Origin: Podarcis cretensis
Taxonomy: Eukaryota
DNA length: 64,000 nt
Reading direction: 5' to 3'
NCBI GenBank assembly: GCA_951804945.1
Contig: OX638151.1
Coordinates: 54,932,001-54,996,000 of the forward strand
The notes beneath the pieces are model-generated. The model searched no databases. It was not told the DNA's origin and saw nothing but the letters and a program-made list of their open reading frames with translations. Shown piece by piece: positions 36,352 through 48,600 of this stretch; the stretch's first letter is position 1, and each line of letters begins with the position of its first letter. The translations under genes and the position numbers were made by a program.

Positions 36352-36790
36352 TCTACCTGGACAATCAAGTCAGGTTCTCTGTCAAACCCAAAGCAGATGC
36401 GAGGTTGAAATGGATCCAGAATGATGCCATGGCGCACATCACCTGACCATGGCTAACAGTTGCTATGAGGTCATGGGATTCTCATATTCTCTTTGTTACA
36501 TACAGCACGCATCATCATAGTGAGGTGGGTCACGCTTTCACAACTCCTACAGTGAGCGGAAATGTAACCAAAGAAAGTTGAAAAGAACCTTGGACTCATA
36601 CTAGCATTTATTTTTATTTCTTGCAGTCATTCACTTCAGTTTGATTTTTTAGATTTTCATTAGTTTCATTAGCTCTTCATTTAGCGGGAATTCTGGGAAC
36701 TTGCCTGTTTCATAATTCTGGCTATATCTGAACTGATCTGTTTTTCCTGTGAACAAGCAGCCAGCACAAATAATATGCCTCAATCACCTG
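36352..36790 (+). promoter_or_regulatory. Upstream module of gene F
   Basis: TGAGGTCA at 36466-36473, TTGTTACAT, GAAAGTTGAAAAGAACCTTGGA. Confidence 0.6.
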
Positions 36791-38761
36791 TCTTATCATC
36801 ATTATCATCATCACCCTTATAATATTTATTTATGTCCCACTTTTTTCTCAGTCCAGGACTCAAGGCAGCATACAAAGGTAAAACAGAACAAGCTACAAAC
36901 AGAAAAGGAAATCATTAAAATGGAATTATAAATACCAATAGTATTAAAATAATATAAAAAGATGCATTAAAATACTATGGCTTAGGCTTTCACAACATGG
37001 TGCCCTCCCAATATTTTTTTTATATTACAGCTTCCATCAGCACCAGCCAGCGTGGGCAATAGTCAGAGATGGCAGTTGTAGTCCAAAACATCTGGAGGGC
37101 ACCAGGTTGGGAAGGTGCCCTGGTCTCTCTGTTAAAAGGGTGTCCATATGATAGCTTCCAAGTGTCTTTTCATTCTTGTAGGGCACAATCGGTCATCTAG
37201 TTTGCTAGGGAGCCAAGGGCGATGAAATGGTTGGTTTGCAAGGGGGAGGGGGAAGTCTCAATGTGAACTTGACAAAACACAGGCAGAGCTTATCAAGTGT
37301 ACTCTGCACACTCTCAAAATGTTTAGCAGTGGTCTGTATAACAAAACTTGAGCAGAGCGCTTCACAGAGGTATCGAGCATGCTGTCAAGTCCTGTTGTGT
37401 GCCACTGTACAGTTCCAGCTGTTCTAGCCTGAGCTTTGAACAAGGTGTCTGAATGGATCCAGCCTACCACAGGGCTGCTCAATTCCTGCCTCTCTTCTCT
37501 TCTCTTCTTACATCTACCAGGGGACTGTGGCTCCAACAATCTTAAAATAAATGGTTCTGAGACCACTACTAAAGAAATTCTTCCCGGACTCTAAGACTGG
37601 CCGGAATCACCACCACCAAGCCTTGTCACTGCGCAGTTCCAGCCTCTGTAGGAAAACACCTATTACATGGATCCATTTTAATTGGCTTTCTTGCCTGTGT
37701 TTGACTCAGAAACTGTTTTGTTTGCCCTGATGAATTAGCTACACCAGTATATGTTGCTAAGATCCACAAATGGAAGTTTGAGTTCCAAGGATATAATGAG
37801 ACATATCATGCAGTTGTCTAGTGGAAAGACCCTGCATAACATCCACAGCTTGACAAAGGAAGTCAAGCATATAACTATTGTGATAGGCAGATTTTTTCAA
37901 GGCCTATCGGAGATTATGTATATTGACTAGGAAATGTGCACAATTCCATCTTCATGGGCAAATCATGTGTACATTCTCCATGATGCTTGATTGTTATGTG
38001 CATTAACTACTCAGCTTACATTCTCCTTAACAAATGCATCAGAGCAGTTAAAATAATTTGTGAGGTATTTTAAAATGCTGCATGAATCTGAAACCCCTCT
38101 TGCTGAAATAATACAATGTTAGTTACAATGTTAAGTTTCAGTTTGTCAACCTGGGGTGGATCTACACAGAGGGGGGGAAATGCTATAAATAAGTCAGAAA
38201 TTAGACCCTTATAACAACAACAACAACAACAACAACAATGGAAAAACACATATATAAATTTCCTGCTCTCTCGCACCATCTCGTGTTGCATGTTTATAGC
38301 ACATTCAAATTGTTGTTTCTTTATTAATGTAGCTGAGTCCCTGGTTTTGTTCCTGAACTGGCTCCAAACTGGTTTACCACATCCACTGCCTCTCTTGCAT
38401 TGGATGACAGGAACAAGAGTTATGAGATATCAGACGTGTCTAAAGAGCCAAGGCTTATTGTAGCAATAGATGGCAATGAAAGGCTACATCACATTTTGTA
38501 GACTTCAACGATATCCCATGTCCCCTAAATTGAAGGTTTATAGGCCCCTGAACAATTGAGTATTAAGCAGCCAGCGAAGAAGAGAAGGGAGATCATTCCC
38601 TGCAAATACTAGTGAACATTATAACACAAATGTCTTTGTCAGACAGGAGATCCTCTTGAAACTTTGCCTCCTCTTTTACAATATTTCAGCACCTAATAAT
38701 CACACAAAATGTGTTTCATGTTGGCAGGTTGAGAAGAGTTACTGAACATACTGATCATCTC

Positions 38762-39697
38762 ATGCTGGAACAGAAAAACAATCTATCTGCCCATGCTGCT
38801 GATGCAGAGAACGAGAATGTCAGCAATGAAGGCAACACGAAGGAAACAATGATCATCATATGCATTCCAATCTGCATTTTGGGATTAGTTGGAAATGGAA
38901 TGGTCATTTTGTTTCTTCGCTATATGATCAAGAAGAATAAGTTTAATGTGTATGTCATGAATATGGCTATGGCTGATTTTGTTGTTGTTCTCTATCTATT
39001 GAGTTATTTTGCATTATTTGTAGAACCAGCTCCTATCAATGCACACACTTCACGTTTTCTAGAGATAACATATATTCTTGGACGCAACTCTAGTTTCTAT
39101 ATATTAACAGCTCTCTGTGCTGAAAGGTATCTGTCACTTTTTTCCCCTGTCTGGTGTCAACGTCACAGACCAGAGAACCTCTCAGCTATTGTGTCTGCTA
39201 TTCTGTGGGCCTTCTCATGCGTAATATCTTTTGTAGAAGAATTTACATGCTATCCAAGATTCTATGCACTTATGAATGAAGACACTTTCCCTTGTGATAT
39301 TGCAAAAACAATTGAAGTTATCACCGACTTCCTGATTTTTGTGCCCATCATGGTCTTTTGTACTGTGGCCATTTTTATCAAAAAGCAGGAGAAAACACAA
39401 ACAATGCTCGACAAGACGATTGCAGCGACAGTTATTCTGTTTCTAATTTTTGATGCGTCAGCTAGACTTTTGGAATATATAGACTACTGGCATGGTGATA
39501 TAGTAGAAATACCAGTGTTTACATTCTCTGTGTTATTTGATTCCATAACCAGCAGCATCAACCCTTTTTTATATTTTGCTATTGGATGGTGGAGCAGGCA
39601 AAACACCTGGGAAGCCTTAGAGATTTTTGTAGAGAGAGCTTTGAATTATGAAACAAACACAGAACAAACAACACAAACAGACGAAGAGGAGACTTGA
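38762..39697 (+). CDS. MAS-related GPCR, gene F, 311 aa
   Basis: 7TM; acceptor AG at 38726-38727, ATG at 38762; GLVGNG, NMAMAD, AERY, INPFLYFAIG; N-terminal sequons NLS and NVS. Confidence 0.93.
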   Translation: MLEQKNNLSAHAADAENENVSNEGNTKETMIIICIPICILGLVGNGMVILFLRYMIKKNKFNVYVMNMAMADFVVVLYLLSYFALFVEPAPINAHTSRFLEITYILGRNSSFYILTALCAERYLSLFSPVWCQRHRPENLSAIVSAILWAFSCVISFVEEFTCYPRFYALMNEDTFPCDIAKTIEVITDFLIFVPIMVFCTVAIFIKKQEKTQTMLDKTIAATVILFLIFDASARLLEYIDYWHGDIVEIPVFTFSVLFDSITSSINPFLYFAIGWWSRQNTWEALEIFVERALNYETNTEQTTQTDEEET

Positions 39698-40434
39698 AAA
39701 TAGCCTCACCTCAGAAACCAAACAACATTCCTCATATAAAGAGGAGTGCTGACTTGCATTCCAATCTCCAGAATAAATGAATTACAGATAATTTATCTTG
39801 CTGTTTGTCACTTCTATCTAACCCACCCAATATCTACAGCAGAGTCAACTGCATCTTTTATTTGAGCCAGAGGATACTTGTCCATTTCTGCTATGTCAGG
39901 GGGTCAAGAACGCTGAAAGAGAGGTAGACCTGTGGAAGGTTAAAAAATGTTAACCTTACCAAAAAAAACTTTGAAGTGTGTTGCAGTGATTGGACGACTA
40001 CAGAATGAGACTGAATTCTCAAATCACGACATAAACTTCGGCAAAAGCCACAGAAAAGAAGGATCAGAGAGTAGCCGATATATACAAAAACCAGAAAGAA
40101 TCATAGTGGAGGAGAGGAAAGGAGGAAGGGAGAAAATTTATGGGCAGGTATCTACTGTCTGAAAGACCACAATTATTCAGATTCAGATGCAGCTGGGAAC
40201 AGAGAATGATGGACTGTCTTCTAGCAAAATCTTAATACAGAAATATACCCCTCCCTATCCGCTACTTTACAATGGCCTACTCTTCCATCGCACTTCCCAC
40301 ATTAGGAACCACACATAGGTTTGGGACTACTAGAGAAATGCAATGTATTTTAATATATTGTAAGTATCGCTTACAGTGATGATGAGGAAGAAAAGGACAC
40401 ACAGCAGATAAAAATGCTTCCAGTAGATGATTGT

Positions 40435-40507
40435 TTACGAAGCATAATTGGCAGATCCTCCAAGGAAGAATGCCAGCAGAGACCAAGTGGTCACAACGCC
40501 ACAAATT
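40435..40507 (-). CDS. PNLDC1: PNLDC1 exon 19 (TM anchor and stop)
   Basis: ICGVVTTWSLLAFFLGGSANYAS-TAA. Confidence 0.93.
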
Positions 40508-43500
40508 CTGAAAAGAGAGAAGAATATCCAGGAGAACATCAGCCACAACAATCAACATTTTGAGCCCTCCCCAACTTTCACAAGCATGACTTCCAATGTC
40601 TATTTTTATACCAAAAATTATATGCTGTTTGATTGTAGTAAAACCTTTAAGCGCTTCACAAGAAATATCAAAACCATCAATAAAAACATTCTTTTTTTTA
40701 AAAAAAAAAAAAGCCCAGAAAATGTACCTTTTCCAGACACCCCTAATCACCACCTCAGATTTTGTCTCCCACCTCCTAAAGTACTGAAAATAAAACTGAG
40801 TACAGATATAGAGTTGCTACATGTACCCAGATCCATGCTTTGCAGCAAACTGTCAAGAATAGGAAGGGATTTATTTCACTCTCTCTTCCCTCACTTTTGG
40901 GTGGGTGGGGGGAGATATAACTTTAAAAAGCTAAGTTTCATCAAGGCCTCTATTAATAATAATAATAAATGAGATTATGTATAAAGTTAACTTTACTTAC
41001 TGAAGGAAGAAATTCACTTGTGGAGAATGCCTCCAGTGGTGGTATGGGGAAATCTGCACGTTGGGATGATTTTTATATTCTCTCAAAACCATTCTGACAC
41101 TGTAATTAAGAAAAGTACAACTTTGACCTACAAAGAAGAAGAATGATCTGATAGCCAAAAATTAGCTTCTGGACCCAAACTGGTGCTGTTTGAAGCTGTA
41201 AATCTGTTGATCCAACTGCTGTTTTCACTGGACAATTCCCTCCCAAAAGAGACTCTACCCACCTGCCATTTATTTATGGACAATACATACTAAACACACC
41301 GTCACTCATCCCTATTCTTGCAGCTCTCATGCCCACATGTTGACTGTCTGCCATGAGGGAGGGCAGGCTCCATCTACCTACACACCCTCTTTCTCCCCCT
41401 ATTTATAGCGGGACTTGACATCTTTCCGCAGGGCCTGCAAGACAGAGCTGTTCCACCAGGTCTTTGGCCGAGGCACAGTCTGACCCCCTCCTTTGGTAAT
41501 CCTCACAGAACTCTACCCCAATGGTTGCCCTTAATTTGATTCTGAATTGATTTTAGAATGAATTGATTTTAGATTGTATTTCTATTAATTGATTGTGATT
41601 TTAGGTAAACTGTGTTACTTTTACTGTTGTTAGCCACTCTGAGCCCAGCTTCGGCTGGGGAGGGTGGGATATGAATAATTTATTATTATTATTATTATTA
41701 AGAAAAAAACAAAACAAAAAGTGCCCTTCTCTTCCCACTTTTGAGCCCACAACCAAAGAGGAGGTGTGTGATGGTTTCGTTTATACGCTTCTACAACTTT
41801 TGGGGGAAATTAAATAAAAAAAATAAAAGAGAATACCTCCCAGCCACTCCCAAGATCAACCCCAATACAAACCCAGGTTAGGGCAATTTGCAATGTCAGC
41901 CTTTCCTGTGCCATCCTGCCCCCCCCCCACTTGAGAGCAAGCAAGCCCTGAGAATATCCTCCTTCAGGCGCTGCTTGAATTTGAAGCAACCATATACTCC
42001 TGTCTGCTGCCATTTAATAATACAGCAAGGGCGGGCAACCTATGGCCCTACAAAACCCCATGAGTGCAAATACAAAAATACTTTTAAAAGTCTAATACAT
42101 ATATGTTTTGATCTTGTAAAAAAAAAAAAAAAGAATCTGAAGAAAAGTTTCTATTTTCTCTGCTTTACTAGCAATCCCTCCAAGATGTCCTGGAAATTGC
42201 ATTAAGCAATTTGAGAGAGCACTACTAGGGAATACTGACAAAGTAATTTCTATAATGTATAAAATGTTGTTAGAATGGGAAACAAAAGATGAGCAGGTGA
42301 AATCTGTGATGATTCAATGGGCAAGAGACATTGGTCACAATATTGAAATGGCTGCATGGGATAAGTTGTGGAATGTTGATTGAAAATTCACAGCATGTTA
42401 TGTACACTGAAAGAAAAATATATGAAAATGATGGATAGATGGTATTTATCTCCTGGTATTTATTTGTGTTGGAAATGTAAAGAAAAGGAAGGTAATTTTT
42501 TTCAGACGTGGTAGTCCTGTAAGCGAACAAAAGCCTTCTGGGAAATGATCTACGTATAATGAATTGAAGACAATGTTCAAAATAACTTTTAGTAAAACAA
42601 AACAAAACCATCAGCTTTTCTTTTAGGGATAGTGAATACTGAAAATTCCAAAGGACCGTAGAAACCTATTTATGTATGCTACAATCGCAGCCAGAATGGT
42701 CTTTGCCCAGAGGTGGAAAGAGGATGTTGTTCCAACCAAGTAAGAGTGGCTGATTAATTTGATGGATTATGCCAAAATGGCAAAATTAACGGTTGTGTTA
42801 AGACCGGGGGGGGGGGGGGCGGGGATGATTAAGGAGTGCAGAATATTTGTGGAATATTTGAAAAATCGTGGTATGCAACTAAGTGCGTTGGTAGGGTTAG
42901 CTTAAGTCAAGCAGTTAAAAGTATTATTAATTATAGAATAATTAAGAAGTGGAGTAAAGTGGAAAATGCAGTGTTAAAAATTTCAGTAAGAGAAGAAACC
43001 ACAAAAGGGGGAAGGGGAGTTTGATCTGTATTTGTATTAGAAGTATGACATTGTAAGATTTGTATTTGTAAATTCTTGAAAACAGCAATATATATATATA
43101 TATGAAATTACATTAAATTTGAAAATACGTGGACACTGGATTTCACCCGCTTCCAAAGGGTATCATTGTGTTTCTTGCACCCTTGGATTTGCAAGCATTT
43201 CAAATACCCAGGAGCATACACGGGTGTGGCAATTGAGCAGAGTATAAGCATATACTTCCCCTGCTGCATGAGGATCACTAAAGTAAAACTGAATCCAGAT
43301 GTTTTGGAATGAGACTCTGTCTGGTCCAACATACAGTATATCAGAGAAAACTGGCAGAATAACAACTGCTTTTTGATCACATACTTTTTAAAATTATTGG
43401 AGAGTAAGAGAAACTGGTTCCTCTTTAGCCGCCGCACATCAAATCTGCAGAAGATTTTAAACTCCCGATAGATCTGCTCTTCATCAACCCCAGGCCATCC

Positions 43501-45592
43501 TCGCACATTAATGATAAGGAGTGGTGGAAGCTTTATAGGGTCATCCATACCGGAAAAATTCTAAGGAAAGAATTAAGTTAACCCTTCAGCTACTGAAGGC
43601 ACCAAGAGGAAGATTCACAAAAGGGTCTAAATATTATGAAACATTTCAATAAACTATGCCAAACACAACACACACAAACACAGTGGTAGGTAAGAATTGG
43701 TGGTTTAACATTAATGCTTAACATCAGGTTTTGGTGGTTATTTTTTTAAAAAATCAGTCACACTGAACATCCCCCAAAATAGTTTTTGCTATTTATTTGT
43801 GGTTTGAGCACCCTGGGGTTACAGCTCTGGGAGGGTGGAAGGGGCAAGTCCACTCACCCTCATTGGCTGTCGCAGCCAGGCCCCAGACCTCACAAGGGAT
43901 CACACTATGAAGAACTGTTAGCTAGGTTGAGGAAGGGAAGAGCCAAGGATGACTTTTTTTTGGAATACAAGTCCTTTTATTGTTTGCTGGTGTCCTCAGC
44001 GGCTAGGAGCCTTTTACCAACAGCTTTTCCTGTTCCTGAATTGGGATAGCTTGACCATGGTTGCCCATGCATTGACAACCTCATGGTTGGATCCTGCAAT
44101 TTGTTCTATGTGGGGCTACCCTTCAGAGGCTGCATCTGGGGCACAACACAGTGGCTAGGGGCAAACTTGTGGGGGCAAACTACTGCCAACCTATAATGCC
44201 TTGCTTGCAGGGTTTGCTCTGGTTGCCTGTTATTATTATTATTAACAACAACGACAACAACAACAATTAATTGCTTAATTAGCCAAAGGCCTGAGAGAGA
44301 AGGAAGGTTCTTGCCCTGGCGCCTAAAAATATGTAATGAAGGCACCAGGCAAAAACATTCCTGTTGCTGATTTTTAGCCTTTAACTTCCTTTTTGTGTGT
44401 TGCCTTGAGACACTGGTTTAGAAGGTGATTAATAAATTAACTGCAATAATAACTATAGTGTTGTGATCCTATATAAAAATGTGCATACATACATATTCAG
44501 TATGCTAAAACTGCATCCACCGGGTATATTTGAACCAAAGTCTGCATCACCATGTACAACAATGCAGTCGCACAATTTTCACCCCAGCTCCAAGATCAAG
44601 AATTATGAACAGGATAAACAGTGTATTGTTGTGAAAATTATGAATATTTGTATTGTCTGTCAGATGACATGGGCATGTGTTTTCTTTCCTCATCATGAAG
44701 AAATACTGTCCTGTCCAGCTTCTGGAAAGTTTGGGGCACTTTAATAAAATGAGCTTACTTTGTGTCCTTGCATGTGTGCAACTGCATGGTTCTATTATAT
44801 TATGAAATATAAAAATTATGTGAAGACTACCTGCTGGAAACTCTTACTCGTGTGGTTCTTAAATGTAAACTATATGCTGATCTCCGTCAGTAGTTTCTCG
44901 ATCTACTCTGCATCCCCAAATGGAAACCAGAGTTGGAGGTCATACATTTTCTATTACTGGGGAACGATCAGAAGCTCACCAAATTAGTGGCTAAATATCT
45001 TTATTTGTTTTTTTGTCGCAGAAACACACTGCAGATGTCTGATCTTCCTGGAGACCTAGAGATGTAACGTTAGACTGTTTTGCCTCTTTTCATTTGACAA
45101 ATGTTCTGTGACATTGGGGAGGTGGTAACTTTGTACTGATTTACTATGGATGTTTGTATGTGATGCCAATAAAAGGTTTGATGATGATGATGACTCCCAT
45201 TATTCCTCACCACTGGTCAGGTACATCTGGAGGCAACACATCTGGAGGGTCCACCTTTTAGCATCACTCTTTGCCTTATCTTCCGTTCTTTAATATCCCA
45301 GGCTTCAGCCATGCAAACTACAAAACTATCTCCAAAACGACAGAGCTCACAAGAGCTCCTGCTCCCTGCTCCCATTCCATCTGAGCTTGTGGAGATGTTA
45401 CACAAGTGGTTTCTCTTGGCAACTGGCTAACTGGAATCTTTTCACATTTCATACTCACTATTTTCCGAACACCAGCTCGGATAATGTTCACTTGATTCAC
45501 ACATGCAGCCAATACATCAAGGTACTGAGAAAACGAGGGAGCAGTCCTTGTTGAATCACTAAATTAAGGAGAAGCAGCGGATTGTAATAAAA

Positions 45593-45623
<31 letters not shown>

Positions 45624-48600
45624 ATGATATACTAGAAGAACTTAGGAATGCCAAGATTGCGCGCGCGCACACACACACACATATACATAACTATTTTTCT
45701 TAGAAAAGGGTAAGGTCTCTTCTACTACCTGCCTCAGAGCAATTCCCTCCGCCCAATAATGCAAACTGAAACTAGAATATCATCACACAACACATTCCAA
45801 TGTTATAAAATACAATAAATTATTTAATTTTTATATTTCATGGAAGTCCATGCCAAAGTAAAGAGTTCCTCAATTTGACCCCTTTCCACTGCTACCTGGT
45901 CCCTTAGAACAGGCTTCCTCAACCTCGGCCCTCCAGATGTTTTGAGACTACAATTCCCACCATCCCTGACCACTGGTCCTGCTAGCTAGGGATCATGGGA
46001 GTTGTACGCCAAAAACATTTGGAGGGCCGAGGTTGAGGAAGCCTGCCTTAGAATGTCTTTAAAGCTTGGTATGATAACTGGGATTTTTTTATTTTATTGA
46101 AGGGATATTTTATACCGTACATTAAGAGAATACTGATATTTACTTTGGGGGTCTTAAGGGTGCTTGATGACAGTTTCTAAGGTCTGTTGCTGACAGGACC
46201 TGTCTATAAATATTAAAATCACCTTTCAGAACCCATCACCAAGCAGCTACTACTAAATACAGTCATAAGTAAAAGAAAGTGCACCCTCATTGAATTCTGT
46301 GGTTTTACATTTCAGGACATAATAGCAATCATTATTAGGTAAATATAACCCCAAATTCGGTAACTACAACCCCAGATGAACAACAACACAATATATTACA
46401 CTGTGTCATTATTTATTTCACAAAAATAAAGCCAAAATGGAGAAAAACTAAGTATACCACTACTGTTTCCATAGGAATTAATAGGCTAAGTAGCGACAGG
46501 GGCTGCTAATCAAATGTCCTTGCTTAATTGATCATCAGCAAGTGCACCCAGCTCTATAAAAGCCGAAGTTTTAGCAGTTTGCTGGTCTGGAGCATTCAGG
46601 TGCGTTTTAACACAATGCGAAGGAGGAAAGACGACACAATGCTCTTAGGGAAGCAAGTGCCACTGCCCATGAAACTGGTAGGGTTCTAGGCCACCTCCAA
46701 CCAATTTTAAGTCCATCAGTGAGAAAGATTATACAGTGAGAAAGATTATTCAGAAGTGGGAAACATTCAAGCTATTTACTTACCAAGAAATTCTGTCAAG
46801 AAGCAAATGGGCTATTTTCAGAAGAACTGGAAAAATAAATAATTCCATTGTTACATCTAACAACTTATAAATGATGACTGCAAAATTGGGGTGGAGAAGG
46901 GAGGCTCCTAGAAAAGCTTTTTGATGCTCAAAAATAGGAATTAGATTGTTCTGAGAGTTGATTAAATAAGACATCAATCTTTTTGGCCTTCAAAACTTTA
47001 CTAAAAAAGACTTAGGAGGGGATTCAGAGTCCCACTCTTCCAGTCGGTCTGTTTCTACAAGCACTCCATAATGCCTCCTCCTTGCACTGTTCTGAGGGTT
47101 CTTCCAAACCAATTTTGAGGGATGCAGGGGCAAACATGAGGAGGGGAGTCCCACTGCGCAAGCGGAAATCTTTGCACGGTACAGTTGTACCTCAGGTTAA
47201 GTACTTAATTCGTTCTGGAGGTCCGTTCTTAACCTGAAACTGTTCTTAACCTGAAGCACCACTTTAGCTAATGGGGCCTCCTGCTGCCGCCACACGATTT
47301 CTGTTCTCATCCTGAAGCAAAGTTCTTAACCCAAGGCACTATTTCTGGGTTAGCAGAATCTGTTACCTGAAGCATATGTAACCTGAGGTACCACTGTAGC
47401 TCTTTGGTTTCATGAAAGGAAAAACAGCAATAACTCCTGGCTGGTTATGTAAACAGCATCCCTGCAGCTTCTAGTTGCCTCTATAAAGGACTGAGGTGAC
47501 CAGCTCCTGGAAGAAGAACTGCTAGCTACCTAAGCCTGCTTAAAACCAATAAAGCAGAAACAAAGAAGACTGCCTTGTAGAGCTTCAAAGAGAAAAGCAC
47601 ATTGGCTTGATTTGGCCTCTTCCGGGAGCCAAATCACTGTATCTTATACTCTAGGTACTTATCACTACTAAAAGGAAATAAAAGTCTTCAAATATTCCGT
47701 AACATTCATGTGCTGAGTAACATTCCGTAACATTCATAGGATCTACAAGAAGTTCCTTTACTAACTTTCAAAAAGGAAAAACTGCACATAAAGAGCTTTT
47801 CCAGCTCTGCTCGTGCCAATTCCCCGCCACCCTTTGCTATGAAAAGAGAAATAACAGGTTAGGAGTTATGATCACAATTATATTTGGCTGCACCTGAGGG
47901 AGAGGACAGGCTGCAAAGCACATTCCACAGGGTCAGCTGGGACAAACTACTATTCCACTGAGAGAGGTAAACAACCTCTCCCAGTGAAATGACCACTTCT
48001 CCCCAGTGGCCATTCTAGCCGGTCAATATTAGATATGTATGTATACGTGGTAGTTTTTTGTCTTGCTTTTCTCTTCCATCTCTATTTCTTTTGTGTCATA
48101 TCCATTTGATTGTAAGCCTGTAGGCAGTGGTTGCTTGTTTGTTTGTTTATTTATTTATTTATTTAAAAAAACTCTGCACAGTGCCTAAATTGTTAGAAAC
48201 TTTAAAATAAGAATAAATATGTCATTCAGGAAGAACATGAGGTTTTGCTCTGAAACCCTCTGTCACAGATGTTCATATCCAAAAGAGGTATTTATGTATG
48301 TATGTATGTATGTATGTATGTATGTATTATTTCTACCCCGCCCATCCGGTTGTACAGTTTCTTTATTAACAAAGTAGACAGACTGCCCCATATGTTGAAC
48401 TAGCACAATGCCGATGGAAGGGGGTATTTTAGACACAAAAAATTACACCCATACCTGATCCGCAGAGAAATGCATCATAGGCTGCCTCGTGAGGAGACTC
48501 CTTTGTAGCTGAAAGGTTTCCAACAAAACAGAAAAGGTAACATCTCCCCAGACAGTCTATAATGATCTGACCCAAAACAACTTCCACAGACAACCTATCG

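Noticed and set aside
2-39697. Assigning the symbol MAS1 or MRGPRH to any single copy
   Set aside because: All copies are too diverged for one-to-one orthology by eye. The orientation opposite to PNLDC1 favours the Mrgprh position, but a phylogeny is needed.
40277-40972. 158-aa and 174-aa ORFs near the PNLDC1 3' end
   Set aside because: They overlap exon 19 and intron 18 in the wrong frame or strand, run through homopolymer tracts and show no recognisable domain.
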